The notes: generated by a model not told the origin, from the sequence alone. 63,889 nt of DNA, filler included, from an uncultured Methanosarcinales archaeon (GCA_964405295.1; 7 parts of 7 records of this genome joined end to end with filler, not necessarily neighbours in it), one strand, 5' to 3'. Positions 28,770-39,532 are shown, counted from the first letter of the whole stretch. Made by a program: numbers and translations.

Positions 28770-30096
28770 GTGTCTTGCTTTGGGCTCTCTTGCTATGAAT
28801 TTTGTAATTCAAAATTTGATTTTTCCCAGATTCACAATGCCTAATTAAAGTTTCAACAAAATTGCTTGGTGGCTTTCTATATGAATCAACGAGAACAAAT
28901 TTCTCAGACCGGCATCGTTCTCTACAAATCTTTAACACTTCCAAGCATGAAGTATTTGGTTGAATTTTAATCACGTGTACGCTCTGAAGACCATAAAACG
29001 GCAAGGATAATTTCAATTCTTTTTTAAGTTGATACTTAGGCATATTACCATCGTCGAAACCATAGATATCTACCCATTCCTCGCTATACGATATATCGCC
29101 AGACATCACGCCCAAATCATAAAACAATTCAAAAGAATGATTCTTGATACTATTATCTGATAATACAAAAATAGAAGCTTTTGGAATATTTACGGGCTTA
29201 CTATTGGCTAAATAATCCCTGAGGTAAATTTCAAAACTTTTGAGACTTTTCTGTTTTGAAGAAAAAATAGCTGTTCGATATCTTTTATCAAGCCCTGACT
29301 CTTTAGCCAAATTAGCCATGAATGAATCAGTTGCCAACACGTCCACATAAGGGAAAAAGGTAGATATAATATTAACATCTGTCATGTCGCTGCTTCTTAT
29401 TTTTCTGTCTTTGTAGTGGGTAAGCAGTTTTGTCCACATCTGCGAATAAATACTTACTGCTGGCATTTCTTTAAAATAATTAGATTCTAAAAATTCATCT
29501 ACTTTTTTTGGATTATTTTTGAATAAGTAACGAAAGGTATAACTTTCTTGTTGTTTTAAAAAATCTGCTTGGGCTTTTAGTTCTTTTTGTAATTGTTCTT
29601 TATAATCAATTTTATTCTCCTCTATGCTCTTTCTTAATTGGTCCAACTTTTTTGCTGTTAATATTCGCTCATCCCTATAATTAAAGCGTTCCAAATGGCT
29701 ATCTATTTTAACCTCAAGCATCCTTGTTCTTTGATCTGGATTCTCGTGGAAAGCAACGCTGTGGTTTATTGATTCAACTCTTTCCTCCCCAAGAAATTCC
29801 TTAGCCGCTCTTCCTAGCTGAAATCTCCATATGTCTTCGGGAAAATTCATGCATATTTGGCCTAAAGATCCTTGGCATCTTGCAATCTTCTCCTTAAGGC
29901 TGGGGGACAAGCTCGTTTCAACTTTATGGAACCAAGAAGCAGGTACAACAATTTTCTCGTCAATAAAACCCAAATGAAGCAATTCATATATATTTTTAAA
30001 CTGACGACTTGCCTCTTTCTTGCTCTCAACTTTTGCCATTTCGCTTATAAAGTTTTGATCGAGGTATACAATCAACTTTTTGCTTAGCTTTCCCAT
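28750..30096 (-). CDS. PIN-like nuclease domain protein with C-terminal extension
   Basis: IVYLDQNFIS, H..E, SDMTDVNII...YVDVLATD acidic pattern. Confidence 0.6.
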   Translation of the reverse strand: MGKLSKKLIVYLDQNFISEMAKVESKKEASRQFKNIYELLHLGFIDEKIVVPASWFHKVETSLSPSLKEKIARCQGSLGQICMNFPEDIWRFQLGRAAKEFLGEERVESINHSVAFHENPDQRTRMLEVKIDSHLERFNYRDERILTAKKLDQLRKSIEENKIDYKEQLQKELKAQADFLKQQESYTFRYLFKNNPKKVDEFLESNYFKEMPAVSIYSQMWTKLLTHYKDRKIRSSDMTDVNIISTFFPYVDVLATDSFMANLAKESGLDKRYRTAIFSSKQKSLKSFEIYLRDYLANSKPVNIPKASIFVLSDNSIKNHSFELFYDLGVMSGDISYSEEWVDIYGFDDGNMPKYQLKKELKLSLPFYGLQSVHVIKIQPNTSCLEVLKICRERCRSEKFVLVDSYRKPPSNFVETLIRHCESGKNQILNYKIHSKRAQSKTQKNIPK

Positions 30097-30103
30097 TGTT
30101 CCA

Positions 30104-30307
30104 TTATTTTTTGACTAGTTTTAATAAATCTTCTTTTTTTGATTTATATTCCTGAGGATTTACTCTCCTATCAATTTTAAGAAGCAAATCAAAAAATCCC
30201 AATAAATTATAGGCTGACTCGAAGGCTTCTTTTTTGCTTAATTTTCTACCGTAATCTTTTTCAAATATTTTCTGAAATCTTTTGATAGTTTCTTCTGAAA
30301 TTTGCAT
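30104..30307 (-). CDS. Small helical protein of a type seen in CPR genomic islands
   Basis: MQISEETIKRFQKIFEKDYGRKLSKKEAFESAYNLLGFF; family recognised from memory. Confidence 0.7.
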   Translation of the reverse strand: MQISEETIKRFQKIFEKDYGRKLSKKEAFESAYNLLGFFDLLLKIDRRVNPQEYKSKKEDLLKLVKK

Positions 30308-30414
30308 AGATTATGATTTTTTCTTTTTGTTGTTTTGAATCTAACTTCTTGTTATCCATGTTATCAAATCTTTTCCAAATACATTAGTTAAAGTTCATTA
30401 TTTAAACATATTTA

Positions 30415-32076
30415 TTATTTAATTCCCCAATCATAGTGTTTGTCAATCTCTATCAAATCTATATCTTTTTCATTTACCCAACTTAAAAATTCAGAGGGCG
30501 TTACCCATTTGCCAGCAAAATTTCTAGTAGACAAGAGATAACACTGCTTTCTAGTTCTGGTTATAGCAACAAGTAGTTTACAAACTTCAATATCAGAAAT
30601 TAAATTAGGATTTCTTGGGAGATCGCCATCTTGTAATCCTAATATGAAAACACGCTGCGCTGATAAACCTTTGGCTCCTTCGAATGTTGTAAGTTTAATA
30701 GTTGGTTTTGATTTATCAATTTCTGGTTCATTTTCAACGATTTCTGCCCCTCCCTCTTTATGTAATTTTGCTTCAGCAAGAATTTTTTGCTTGAAGCCAT
30801 TAGGTATTATGTTAACAAAATCTATGTTTTTAGTTATAGAAATTAAGATGGTTTCTTTGTAAAAATCTGGCTTCAGCACTTCTAAGATTATTCTCCAACC
30901 TAAATTAGAAGATTCATCTTTATTCAAAAGTTTAAATCCATCTTTTAAATCAATTTTTATCCCTTGCTCTGTCTGTTTGAATTCGTAATCATAACTATTA
31001 TTATCAAATATTGGAATTAGAGTCTTTAAATAATAATTTGGCCCAATGATTAATACGGTTGGGAAATTTTTCTCACGAGATTCTTCTATTTCATGTCTTG
31101 GAATATTCGCGATTTCTTGCGAGACATATCTGCCGAAATAATTAGCTCCGAGTGGAAATTTCTTCTGGATTGAAGATATAATTAATTTTATCCTTGGGTA
31201 TATTTCGCTATCTTTGCCCTTGACTGGTGGAAAAAAAATAAATTTTTTAGGAATCCTTTTTTCGCTTAAAATCCCCTTAGATTGAGAAATCTTTATTATG
31301 CTATCAAAAGAAGATATAACAGCTTTTGGACACCTCAAGCAAAAAGGTAGTTCAAAATTTTGGAAGTCATCACCTTGGTGTAGCTCCCGAATAAAATCTG
31401 GCTTAGAATCTCTTAGCTGACAATACAGTGCTTGGTCATCATCACCCACTATAAGCGATGGACTAAAATCAATAATATGTGACAAAACAGAAGTTTCTAA
31501 TGCGTTAAAATCTTGATACTCGTCTACAATAATAAGCTTATATTTGTCTTGAAAATTCCTGCCGTCCTTTAATGTTCTATATACGCGGAACACGGAATCA
31601 TCATATCCAATAGTGTTATAATAATTTCCGCGTGCTATAAAAAAATCTAATTCTTTAGCTCCTGATGTATTGCGCATTAATTTTCCAAACTTCGGAGCAT
31701 CTTCCTTGTTCATAATACTCCAGTCCGATTTAACTAGCCCTATTAAGGGTGGGTAGTAATGAAATTTATGCTTTAGCCCTATTCTTAAGTCAGGGTATTT
31801 TAACAACAAAGAATAACAATAACCGTGAAAGGTAAAAACTTTTGCGATATCCTCTAAATCTTTCTTAAGTTCATCTTTCAAACTATTAATAAATGTAAGG
31901 ACCAGATAATCTTTAGAGGTGCCACCATAATGCTTAATGGCTTTTTCAAAAAAACTACTTTTCCCTGTTCCGGGTCCAGCAACGATTAATTTTTTAAAGG
32001 CATTTGAAGCCAATATTTCTTTTCTGTATTTGTTAAGTTCATTGTCGTATTGTTTTTCATTCATGGGTTTTCTCAA
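30415..32076 (-). CDS. UvrD/Rep-like SF1 helicase (GajB-like size)
   Basis: AGPGTGKS, TFHG, VDEYQD, VGDDDQALY, TFEGAKGL, VAITRTR. Confidence 0.9.
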   Translation of the reverse strand: MRKPMNEKQYDNELNKYRKEILASNAFKKLIVAGPGTGKSSFFEKAIKHYGGTSKDYLVLTFINSLKDELKKDLEDIAKVFTFHGYCYSLLLKYPDLRIGLKHKFHYYPPLIGLVKSDWSIMNKEDAPKFGKLMRNTSGAKELDFFIARGNYYNTIGYDDSVFRVYRTLKDGRNFQDKYKLIIVDEYQDFNALETSVLSHIIDFSPSLIVGDDDQALYCQLRDSKPDFIRELHQGDDFQNFELPFCLRCPKAVISSFDSIIKISQSKGILSEKRIPKKFIFFPPVKGKDSEIYPRIKLIISSIQKKFPLGANYFGRYVSQEIANIPRHEIEESREKNFPTVLIIGPNYYLKTLIPIFDNNSYDYEFKQTEQGIKIDLKDGFKLLNKDESSNLGWRIILEVLKPDFYKETILISITKNIDFVNIIPNGFKQKILAEAKLHKEGGAEIVENEPEIDKSKPTIKLTTFEGAKGLSAQRVFILGLQDGDLPRNPNLISDIEVCKLLVAITRTRKQCYLLSTRNFAGKWVTPSEFLSWVNEKDIDLIEIDKHYDWGIK

Positions 32077-32118
32077 TTATTTCAATTTCCTTGTTCATCA
32101 AGCCATAAAGTTTATAAA

Positions 32119-32412
32119 CTAATTGGTTAATTTATCTACAAAGAAAAAAACTGATCCTATAATCCCCGCCACAGCACTTAAAACCATTAGCATTTGTATC
32201 CATGTCTTCTCCCACCATCTGGGTTTGATTATTTTGTTTTGCTGATTGAGATTATTAAGTTGACGAATAATCTTAGTGCGGTCACATTCTCCAGCCCCTT
32301 CAACGCTCTTAAAAGAATACAAGCGAGGGTTCAGTTCTTGTCTTTTTGCTTCTGCAACTAACCTATCCCAATCCATGTCTTTATAGTCTTGTTTCTTAAA
32401 AATTGATTTCAT
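32119..32412 (-). CDS. Small protein with C-terminal TM helix
   Basis: WWEKTWIQMLMVLSAVAGIIGSVFFF; ATGA overlap with the MTase gene. Confidence 0.65.
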   Translation of the reverse strand: MKSIFKKQDYKDMDWDRLVAEAKRQELNPRLYSFKSVEGAGECDRTKIIRQLNNLNQQNKIIKPRWWEKTWIQMLMVLSAVAGIIGSVFFFVDKLTN

Positions 32413-33881
32413 ATTTTTTGGGCCTCTACTATCTTAATCTCCTCTTTTGTCAAGCCGTAGAGTTTATACGCCATTTTATCAATTTTCTGCTCGTATTCTT
32501 CGATCTTTTTTTGTTTAGTTTCGTTTTGTAAATAATCATCATCTTTGGTAATAGCAAAAATTTTATCCACAACTTCAATAATAAATTTTTGGTTGTTTTG
32601 CGAAATTTGACTTACCGGTAATTTCCCAATAGTTTCATGTTTTAGAGTAAACGCACCACCTGCTGTCATAACGCCAATAAGACTAAAATAAAACCGCATT
32701 ACCTTGCTGTTAAGCAAGGCGAGAATATACTTGATTGGCATTTTGGACGATGTAAGCATATAGGCATTGCTTGGCAAATGATAATTTTGATTATCGTATG
32801 CAAATGCCCATCTATTGGCAGTTAAACCCCAGACTATTTTTTCTTGCTCAAATTGAGAATAGTAAGTGCATGCTCGTAAGTTCCACCATTTTATTCCTTG
32901 ATCGGCCCTCTTTTTTAACTCATTCTCAAATTGTTTTAGGAACTCAAAGACCTTTGGAAAATCACTAGGAATATCTAAATCATAACCCGTGAGTATTAAA
33001 AATTTATTACTTTTTGCATAATACCATCTCTTAATATTTCTTCCTTGCAGTAGAGGTTTAATAATTTTTTTATTTCTACGGTCATCGTCGATAAGTTTAT
33101 CTTTTAATGTTTTATCAATGATAAAAGCAGAATTATAACCGGTAGTTATCCCTCTGGAAATTTTAACTCCTTCTATATCGCCTAATTTTTTATTATTCTT
33201 TTCAATTTTTAATTTTAACGCTGTTTTTTCTTGGCCCTCTAATTGCCAAATTTCATCAGACAAATTCTTAGAAGGCAACTTAATATGATGTTTCTTTATA
33301 AATTCCGAAAGGTCTCTAGATTCAAGCATTGAATCATCTACAAAAGACACGATTATATTACTATCCTCCTTAATTTTTGAAACTATAACAATGCAACTTG
33401 CAACTAGTGCGTCAAAAACGTGAACTTTTGTAAAATCGATGAATTGGCAGAGTTTATTCCTTGCCAATAATCCTCTCAATTTCATTCCATATTTTGTTTT
33501 TATAAACTTATTAGAAGATATAAAAGTTAAAAAACCAGAATTCTTCAAAATATTTAATCCAACTTCATAAAAATATACATACAAATCCGTTGTCCCAGAA
33601 TAAGTAAAAAATCTATTCTTAAAAAAAGGACTAAATTGTTTCAGTTTTTTATGTTCTACATAAGGAGGATTGCCGATAACTATATCAAATCCCTTTTTCT
33701 CGTGGAATACTTCGGAAAAATAAATTTCGAAATCAAAATCTTTGTGTCCGTTGGTGATTTTGCCAATTAATTCATCGATTTGGTTTTTGTATTCCTGTTT
33801 CTTCCTGTTATTCGTTTCATTAAAAAACAGTGGCTTCAATTTTTCAAGTTTATCAAATAAAGGAAAATTAAGAAGATTTTT
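32409..33881 (-). CDS. N6-adenine DNA methyltransferase / type IIG RM enzyme, C-terminal part (Eco57I/TaqI-C)
   Basis: GFDIVIGNPPY, DLYVYFYE, KPLLQGRNIKRW, LALLNS; 5' end truncated by the contig edge. Confidence 0.9.
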   Translation of the reverse strand, partial: KNLLNFPLFDKLEKLKPLFFNETNNRKKQEYKNQIDELIGKITNGHKDFDFEIYFSEVFHEKKGFDIVIGNPPYVEHKKLKQFSPFFKNRFFTYSGTTDLYVYFYEVGLNILKNSGFLTFISSNKFIKTKYGMKLRGLLARNKLCQFIDFTKVHVFDALVASCIVIVSKIKEDSNIIVSFVDDSMLESRDLSEFIKKHHIKLPSKNLSDEIWQLEGQEKTALKLKIEKNNKKLGDIEGVKISRGITTGYNSAFIIDKTLKDKLIDDDRRNKKIIKPLLQGRNIKRWYYAKSNKFLILTGYDLDIPSDFPKVFEFLKQFENELKKRADQGIKWWNLRACTYYSQFEQEKIVWGLTANRWAFAYDNQNYHLPSNAYMLTSSKMPIKYILALLNSKVMRFYFSLIGVMTAGGAFTLKHETIGKLPVSQISQNNQKFIIEVVDKIFAITKDDDYLQNETKQKKIEEYEQKIDKMAYKLYGLTKEEIKIVEAQKI

Positions 33882-33982
33882 NNNNNNNNNNNNNNNNNNN
33901 NNNNNNNNNNNNNNNNNNNNNNNNNTTAATTAATTAANNNNNNNNNNNNNNNNNNNNNNNNNNNNNNNNNNNNNNNNNNNNA

Positions 33983-34681
33983 GAGGTAGCAAATACAGAT
34001 GATACTATTCTTGATGCTCAAGAGCAAATCAATGAGGCCGTGCTAGACATTACTAAAAAGTTTAAGATGGAAGTAATGCGGTGTGTCAACTGCCCTGTTT
34101 TGATGGAATGTAAATACCCAAGAAAAAGACTTGAAGCTCTAAGAGCAGAAGCAAGTAAAGTAAGCGAAGCTATTTATGAAGAAGAAGTAGAACTCGATGA
34201 TTCCGCAGAGAATACCCTCCGTGCTCAAAACAAAAGAGACGCGACATATAAAGCTTATATCGAAGGCAGAGCATATGATGTGCTTCAAAACGACCGATGC
34301 ATATATGAAAAGGAAGAGGTTCTAAAAGTCCTACAAAAATTCGTTAATGCAGGATATGATATCTCAGATCCTCGAGCATTCCTAATTATCAGTGAATTAA
34401 TTGGAAACATATTGAACTCAGGACGAGCAAACAAAGCATTTACTTCACTTGGAGTGATACTCAAGAAAGAAACCCCCGCTGGCCCTATTTATTATGAGAA
34501 TCCTTTACTCAAGACGAAAATGAAATTCTCCGAGCTTATAATCACTGCCACAGAAGCTTTAGATAGAATGCTTAAATCAGATGATGACCAAAAAGCAGAG
34601 AAAAACTTTACAGCTCATCTGCTCCAACAACTTAGAATAAGAAACGAAAACATAAAAGTAATTGAGAGCGATACAAAATGA
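33983..34681 (+). CDS. Putative terminase small subunit (5' partial)
   Basis: Frame open to the contig start; upstream of TerL; GPIYYENPLL motif; Cys cluster. Confidence 0.5.
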   Translation, partial: EVANTDDTILDAQEQINEAVLDITKKFKMEVMRCVNCPVLMECKYPRKRLEALRAEASKVSEAIYEEEVELDDSAENTLRAQNKRDATYKAYIEGRAYDVLQNDRCIYEKEEVLKVLQKFVNAGYDISDPRAFLIISELIGNILNSGRANKAFTSLGVILKKETPAGPIYYENPLLKTKMKFSELIITATEALDRMLKSDDDQKAEKNFTAHLLQQLRIRNENIKVIESDTK

Positions 34682-34842
34682 TTGCTCGAGACGCAAATAA
34701 TGTATTAGCTGCAGAACAGTTGTTCGCTTTGTTTAAAGAATATATAAAAGCAGGATTCACTGAGAAGCAAGCTTTAGAATTAATACTAGAGGCCGTAAAT
34801 GCTTCTATCATGGCACAGGCAATGAACTATGGACGAGAGTAA
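34678..34842 (+). CDS. Small hypothetical viral protein (54 aa)
   Basis: Manual translation MIARDANN...YIKAGFTEKQALEL; overlaps both neighbours. Confidence 0.65.
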   Translation: MIARDANNVLAAEQLFALFKEYIKAGFTEKQALELILEAVNASIMAQAMNYGRE

Positions 34843-36412
34843 ACTATCAGCAAACGATGCAGAGAAAATCATTCAATCAATGGAGAATGATCCAGCTTCT
34901 TTTATTGAAGTCTTCTTAGAAAGAGAGTTGTCACCGAAACAGAAACTTTTTATCAATTCTACTAAAACACATAAACATTTATTAGCTATCTGGAGCAGAC
35001 AGTCAGGTAAAAGTACTGTAATTGCCTCTTATATATTATGGAGAATTTTATATGGTAAAGGAATAGTAATCAATAAAGAATGGATGCCTGAGCATATTGC
35101 AATCGTTGCTCCTATTAAAGACCAGATAAAAAACCTTTATGAGAAAATTCAAGTATTGATTAATAAATCAGATTTCATAGCAGGGTTTATAACTAAACTA
35201 AATACCGAAGTCATCAAATGTAAAAACGGAAATGAAGCAAAATTCCTTTCTGCTTCACCTGGATCGCAAATCAGAGGATATACCGCAACATGTATTATAA
35301 TAGACGAGTCACAAGATATCACTGATTCGAAGTATAATGCAGATATTCTACCTTTTGGAGCGACAACTAATGCATTGGTAATCGAAGCTGGTACACCTAA
35401 AACTAAAAATCACTTCTACCAAAGCGTTCAATCTAAGAATGTATTAACTATTAAGCAACCTTGGTTCGAATGTCCCTTTCTTTCGGAAGCTTATGTTATG
35501 GGACAAAGAGATATATCACCAAAAGCTCTATGGAGACAGGAATATTTATGTGAATTTATGGAAGAGGGAGTCCTTGCGTTTCCTTCTATATGGTTCGAAC
35601 CTGAAATGTCTGAGAACAAAACTTTAACTGGTCGTTGGAATTTAGGAGATTATGATTATCTGGACAAGATAGAACAGTTTACAAAAGAAAAGGCGGCACA
35701 TATAAATGAATTAGTTAGAGATGGTGCTACATTCGTTGCAGGATTAGACTTAGGAAAACAAAACGACAACACTGTTTACACTATCCTCCGGGATGACATA
35801 CGTCCCATTAAGCTCTACGCACAGATTACTTTCGAATTAGATACGCCATATAAATTGATTGCAAAACAGATTGCACTATTTCATAAAATATTTCAGCCTT
35901 ATGAATTTAATCTAGACTATTCAAATGAAAAAGGTTTCGTGGAAAGACTAATTGAAAATGATGTCCCAGTAATACAAAATAAAGAAAATAAAAGAGGAGC
36001 CATTGCTTTTACAAACAAGAATAAAGCTGAAATGATATCTACTACTAGAATGCTCCTGGAAAGCTATCATTTACAATTACCTAAACGAGCAGAAACATTA
36101 TTATCACAGTTCTTAAATCAACAATTCGAAGTATCAGAACAAGGATTATTTAAGTATTTCCATCCGTCTAATGAACACGACGATGCACTATGGTCAACTC
36201 TACTCGCACTTAAGAATATTGCTATGTCTTCAGCAACTGATATCATTAGCTTTACAAATCCGTGGGACAAATATGATGACGTACATCATCCAATGGATGA
36301 TTCAGCTAAGGAAGTTCTAGTTGTGAATAAAGGAAGACGTGACAGAGGTCGTAATAGAGATGGCTACATGTCTGCAGAGTTTAGAAGAACAGGCGGCAGT
36401 ATGAGGATGTAA
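34829..36412 (+). CDS. terL: Terminase large subunit
   Basis: WSRQSGKST Walker A, IIIDESQ Walker B, AGLDLGKQND and HDDALW nuclease motifs. Confidence 0.93.
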   Translation: MDESKLSANDAEKIIQSMENDPASFIEVFLERELSPKQKLFINSTKTHKHLLAIWSRQSGKSTVIASYILWRILYGKGIVINKEWMPEHIAIVAPIKDQIKNLYEKIQVLINKSDFIAGFITKLNTEVIKCKNGNEAKFLSASPGSQIRGYTATCIIIDESQDITDSKYNADILPFGATTNALVIEAGTPKTKNHFYQSVQSKNVLTIKQPWFECPFLSEAYVMGQRDISPKALWRQEYLCEFMEEGVLAFPSIWFEPEMSENKTLTGRWNLGDYDYLDKIEQFTKEKAAHINELVRDGATFVAGLDLGKQNDNTVYTILRDDIRPIKLYAQITFELDTPYKLIAKQIALFHKIFQPYEFNLDYSNEKGFVERLIENDVPVIQNKENKRGAIAFTNKNKAEMISTTRMLLESYHLQLPKRAETLLSQFLNQQFEVSEQGLFKYFHPSNEHDDALWSTLLALKNIAMSSATDIISFTNPWDKYDDVHHPMDDSAKEVLVVNKGRRDRGRNRDGYMSAEFRRTGGSMRM

Positions 36413-36433
36413 AATCTATCCAGTGACTACGTA

Positions 36434-36472
36434 AAAATAGAAATATTTATAAACAACCCTAGCCCTATATAT
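36434..36472 (+). promoter_or_regulatory. Archaeal BRE/TATA-type viral promoter (second copy at 39510-39543)
   Basis: AAAATAGAAAyATTTATAA...TAGCCCTrTAyATA found before both the portal and protease genes. Confidence 0.7.
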
Positions 36473-36475
36473 ATT

Positions 36476-38524
36476 ATGGCAACAAATAATTCTACTGAAA
36501 AGATCTTACTAGCTGGAAAAGATGGTAAGTCTGATCTTACGGATAATCCTTTAGCTGCTTCTAATAATTCTTGGACAAAACATTTCGATGAGTTTCTTGC
36601 TGAAGAAAAAGCTAAAAATTCTATGAATAAAGATTTCGAAAAAGATATGACAAAGCTTAAAGCAGATTTCACAAGTAAAGGTATGTTCGATAAAGATGGA
36701 CAATTCAATGAAAATCAAAGTCTAGCTCGTGGTAATGTAAGACAACTTAAAGCATGGAGTGCTAAGAATCCTAACTTAATTGCAGAAGTTGCCGATTCTG
36801 GCAAACTCAGGATATTTGAACGAGCAAACAGGTACGAGGATGCTGGTGAGCAATTCGTACAGAAGAGAAAACTAGAGACAGCAGAAGATGATCGAGTTCT
36901 AGGTATCCCATACGCACAGGCCATGGCTGGGGATAGGGTTTATATCGTCAATGGTAAGATCTTCACGGGCTGGGCATTATACTTCTCACTAAGTTCTATC
37001 AAGTCTCCAGAAGACTATGCCAGAAATGTAGACTTAGTTTATAACGTTCCTTACTTGAATGCAAGCATATTATTAAAAGCACAACTATCATTAGGATGTG
37101 GCTTCGATGTTAATTACGGAGCAGAGTCAATGGAAGTTGCAGAAGAAAAATTATTAAGACGATATCTATTTGACAGACTAAAAATTAAAACTCAGAAATT
37201 AGTTAAGACTGGTTTCCACTTACATACTTATGGTAATGCATATTGGGCATTAAGGAGAGACGAAAAGGGATTAGTAGACAAGATTACAATTCTACAGCCA
37301 GAGAGAATCAAGATATTCTTAGACCCAATGACTACAAAGATTCTATTCTACATATATCTGCCCCCAGTTATAGGTGGAACTACAATCGCTTCTTATCCAA
37401 GTGATGGTAGAGTTAACCCAAATATCTTATCAGGTGTAACCCTTTCTTATCCAACGCCAATTGTAATGCATCCTGAGGATATTTGCCACTTTAAAATCAA
37501 TGACTTTACTGAATATCCGTTTGGTTTCTCAGATGTTAAATCTTGTATAGACCCAGCAACAGCTCGTCTAGACGTAAACATCTTAAGTCCTATCTTGTTT
37601 AAGAAATACACTAAACCAATGATTCATTGGAAATTAACTACAGAAGGTATATCACCTAAACAAGTAGCAGCTAAACAAACAGAAATGTCTAATATCTTAG
37701 AAAATATGGAACCAGGTTCCGATCCTATTACTACAGATAGATGGGATGCAACTGTCATCTCAGTAAGCCAAGGTAAAGACGAAATCGGTGTATTAGCAGC
37801 TGATATGGATACTCAAATGTTTGCAGCAACTGGTGTCCCTGAAACATATTTCAAGTCAGCTGGTTCCACCGATAGAATGATTTCAGAATCAGATAAGACT
37901 TTCTTGTCCAGAATGAAAATACCACAACAAATCGTTGCCGAACAAATTGAAGACAAAATCATGAACCCAAGAATACATTACGAGTACTTGAATAAAAAGA
38001 AAGTCAAAGAGATGGTAAACGGGTCAGATGTAGTCGAAGATATTTTAACTGTATATGATTCTTGGTTAGCATCCGAACCTAAACTACCTAAGGTAGAATG
38101 GGAAAACATATTCAAACAAGACGAAACACAAACTATATCAAATGCAATTGCGTTATTAAATGCCGGTATTATCGATGTAGATAGAGCAAAATTCATGGTA
38201 GGAGAAATACCATCTACACAGCAAGTTGCAGAAGACATAAACAAAATCGGAATCGACGACCCTCTATCAGATGATGTGCCTAATCCACCAGCAATGAATG
38301 AACCTGAAGAAGAAACTCCAGAAGACTTCGACACTCAAGCTAATATGCAATTATTAAGAGGCTCAGGCGACGTAGGTGGCAAACAAGACGATTCAAGTCG
38401 AAATGTTAATGATGTCAAAGACCCATCTCAATTAGGTGGCTCACGATATGAACAACATGAATTAAAAGGCGATAAAGGAGAATTATCTCAAAAACATGTT
38501 GGCTTAGAAAGTCAAGAAATGTAA
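36476..38524 (+). CDS. Portal protein
   Basis: Follows TerL; TYGNAYWAL...ITILQPERIKI, DICHFK..YPFGFS, AATGVPETYF. Confidence 0.88.
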   Translation: MATNNSTEKILLAGKDGKSDLTDNPLAASNNSWTKHFDEFLAEEKAKNSMNKDFEKDMTKLKADFTSKGMFDKDGQFNENQSLARGNVRQLKAWSAKNPNLIAEVADSGKLRIFERANRYEDAGEQFVQKRKLETAEDDRVLGIPYAQAMAGDRVYIVNGKIFTGWALYFSLSSIKSPEDYARNVDLVYNVPYLNASILLKAQLSLGCGFDVNYGAESMEVAEEKLLRRYLFDRLKIKTQKLVKTGFHLHTYGNAYWALRRDEKGLVDKITILQPERIKIFLDPMTTKILFYIYLPPVIGGTTIASYPSDGRVNPNILSGVTLSYPTPIVMHPEDICHFKINDFTEYPFGFSDVKSCIDPATARLDVNILSPILFKKYTKPMIHWKLTTEGISPKQVAAKQTEMSNILENMEPGSDPITTDRWDATVISVSQGKDEIGVLAADMDTQMFAATGVPETYFKSAGSTDRMISESDKTFLSRMKIPQQIVAEQIEDKIMNPRIHYEYLNKKKVKEMVNGSDVVEDILTVYDSWLASEPKLPKVEWENIFKQDETQTISNAIALLNAGIIDVDRAKFMVGEIPSTQQVAEDINKIGIDDPLSDDVPNPPAMNEPEEETPEDFDTQANMQLLRGSGDVGGKQDDSSRNVNDVKDPSQLGGSRYEQHELKGDKGELSQKHVGLESQEM

Positions 38525-38556
38525 ACAATGAGGAACAAAACACGGAGGTGTTTATT

Positions 38557-38826
38557 ATGACAGAAAAATATGAACCACAAACAGTGGACGGTAAATTCAT
38601 GGCAGGCATGAAAAAGAAATTTGACACAAAACAAAAGGACAAAATCAAGGTGGAAACACAAACAATGAAAGGCATCTTAGGAGATATTGTACAAGTTCCT
38701 GATAAGCTTCACATGACTGGTTCACCAGATAAAGTCTCAGCTAAACCAGCTAAAGAAGGAGAAAATCAACTTCACACAGGCTCAGGCGAAGACATGTTTA
38801 AATCTACTATGAAAAAAGAGGATTAA
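38557..38826 (+). CDS. Hypothetical viral protein
   Basis: SD GGAGGTG before ATG 38557. Confidence 0.7.
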   Translation: MTEKYEPQTVDGKFMAGMKKKFDTKQKDKIKVETQTMKGILGDIVQVPDKLHMTGSPDKVSAKPAKEGENQLHTGSGEDMFKSTMKKED

Positions 38827-38827
38827 G

Positions 38828-39532
38828 ATGTCTAAGAAGGAAATGGGTAGTGACCCATTAATGAAAGAAGAAATCCCTGGAAAGAAAGTATTTTCAGACC
38901 TATGGATGAATCTTCATCAGACACCTCCAAAGCAAGGCAGACAATTAGAAGCGGCAGATGCACAAGATTCTCTTATGGGAAGATTAGCATCAAGAATGGC
39001 GGCTAGAGACATGATTGACGAATTAGACTTAGGTCCCAAAGGAAAGAGCCCAGATGCTAAAAAAGCATCAGTTGCAGACAACTCAGATTATCCTACAAAG
39101 ATGACAATGAGTGGCCCAGCAGTAGTTACAGGTAAAAAAATTGAGAAGGAACACAAAGATACTATCGATAAGGTTAAGAAAAATCCTAAGATGGATAATG
39201 AACAAGCTTATGAAGGTATCGCAAAAGATCACCTCAAGGAACACCCGGACTATTACAATAAAGATAAAGGACTCCCAGCAATGGAAAAAGGTCTAAAAAA
39301 AAACGAAATAAGTAGCTCAGCTATGCCTGGAGCAGGCTTACATCAACAAACAATGGACTTAAAAGCCAGTAATATGTCGGACCCTATATCGACAGCGTTG
39401 CCAAAAAGCAACACTTTTTCGAATCCTATACCAGAAGGAAAACCAACACCAGGAGCGAATATGGCAGACCAAGCCAAATATCAAGGAAATGTTTATAATA
39501 CTATGCATAAAAATAGAAACATTTATAAGTAG
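38828..39532 (+). CDS. Viral protein with DUF5661-like motif
   Basis: IEKEH...IAKDHLKEHPDYY..L..ME. Confidence 0.6.
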   Translation: MSKKEMGSDPLMKEEIPGKKVFSDLWMNLHQTPPKQGRQLEAADAQDSLMGRLASRMAARDMIDELDLGPKGKSPDAKKASVADNSDYPTKMTMSGPAVVTGKKIEKEHKDTIDKVKKNPKMDNEQAYEGIAKDHLKEHPDYYNKDKGLPAMEKGLKKNEISSSAMPGAGLHQQTMDLKASNMSDPISTALPKSNTFSNPIPEGKPTPGANMADQAKYQGNVYNTMHKNRNIYK

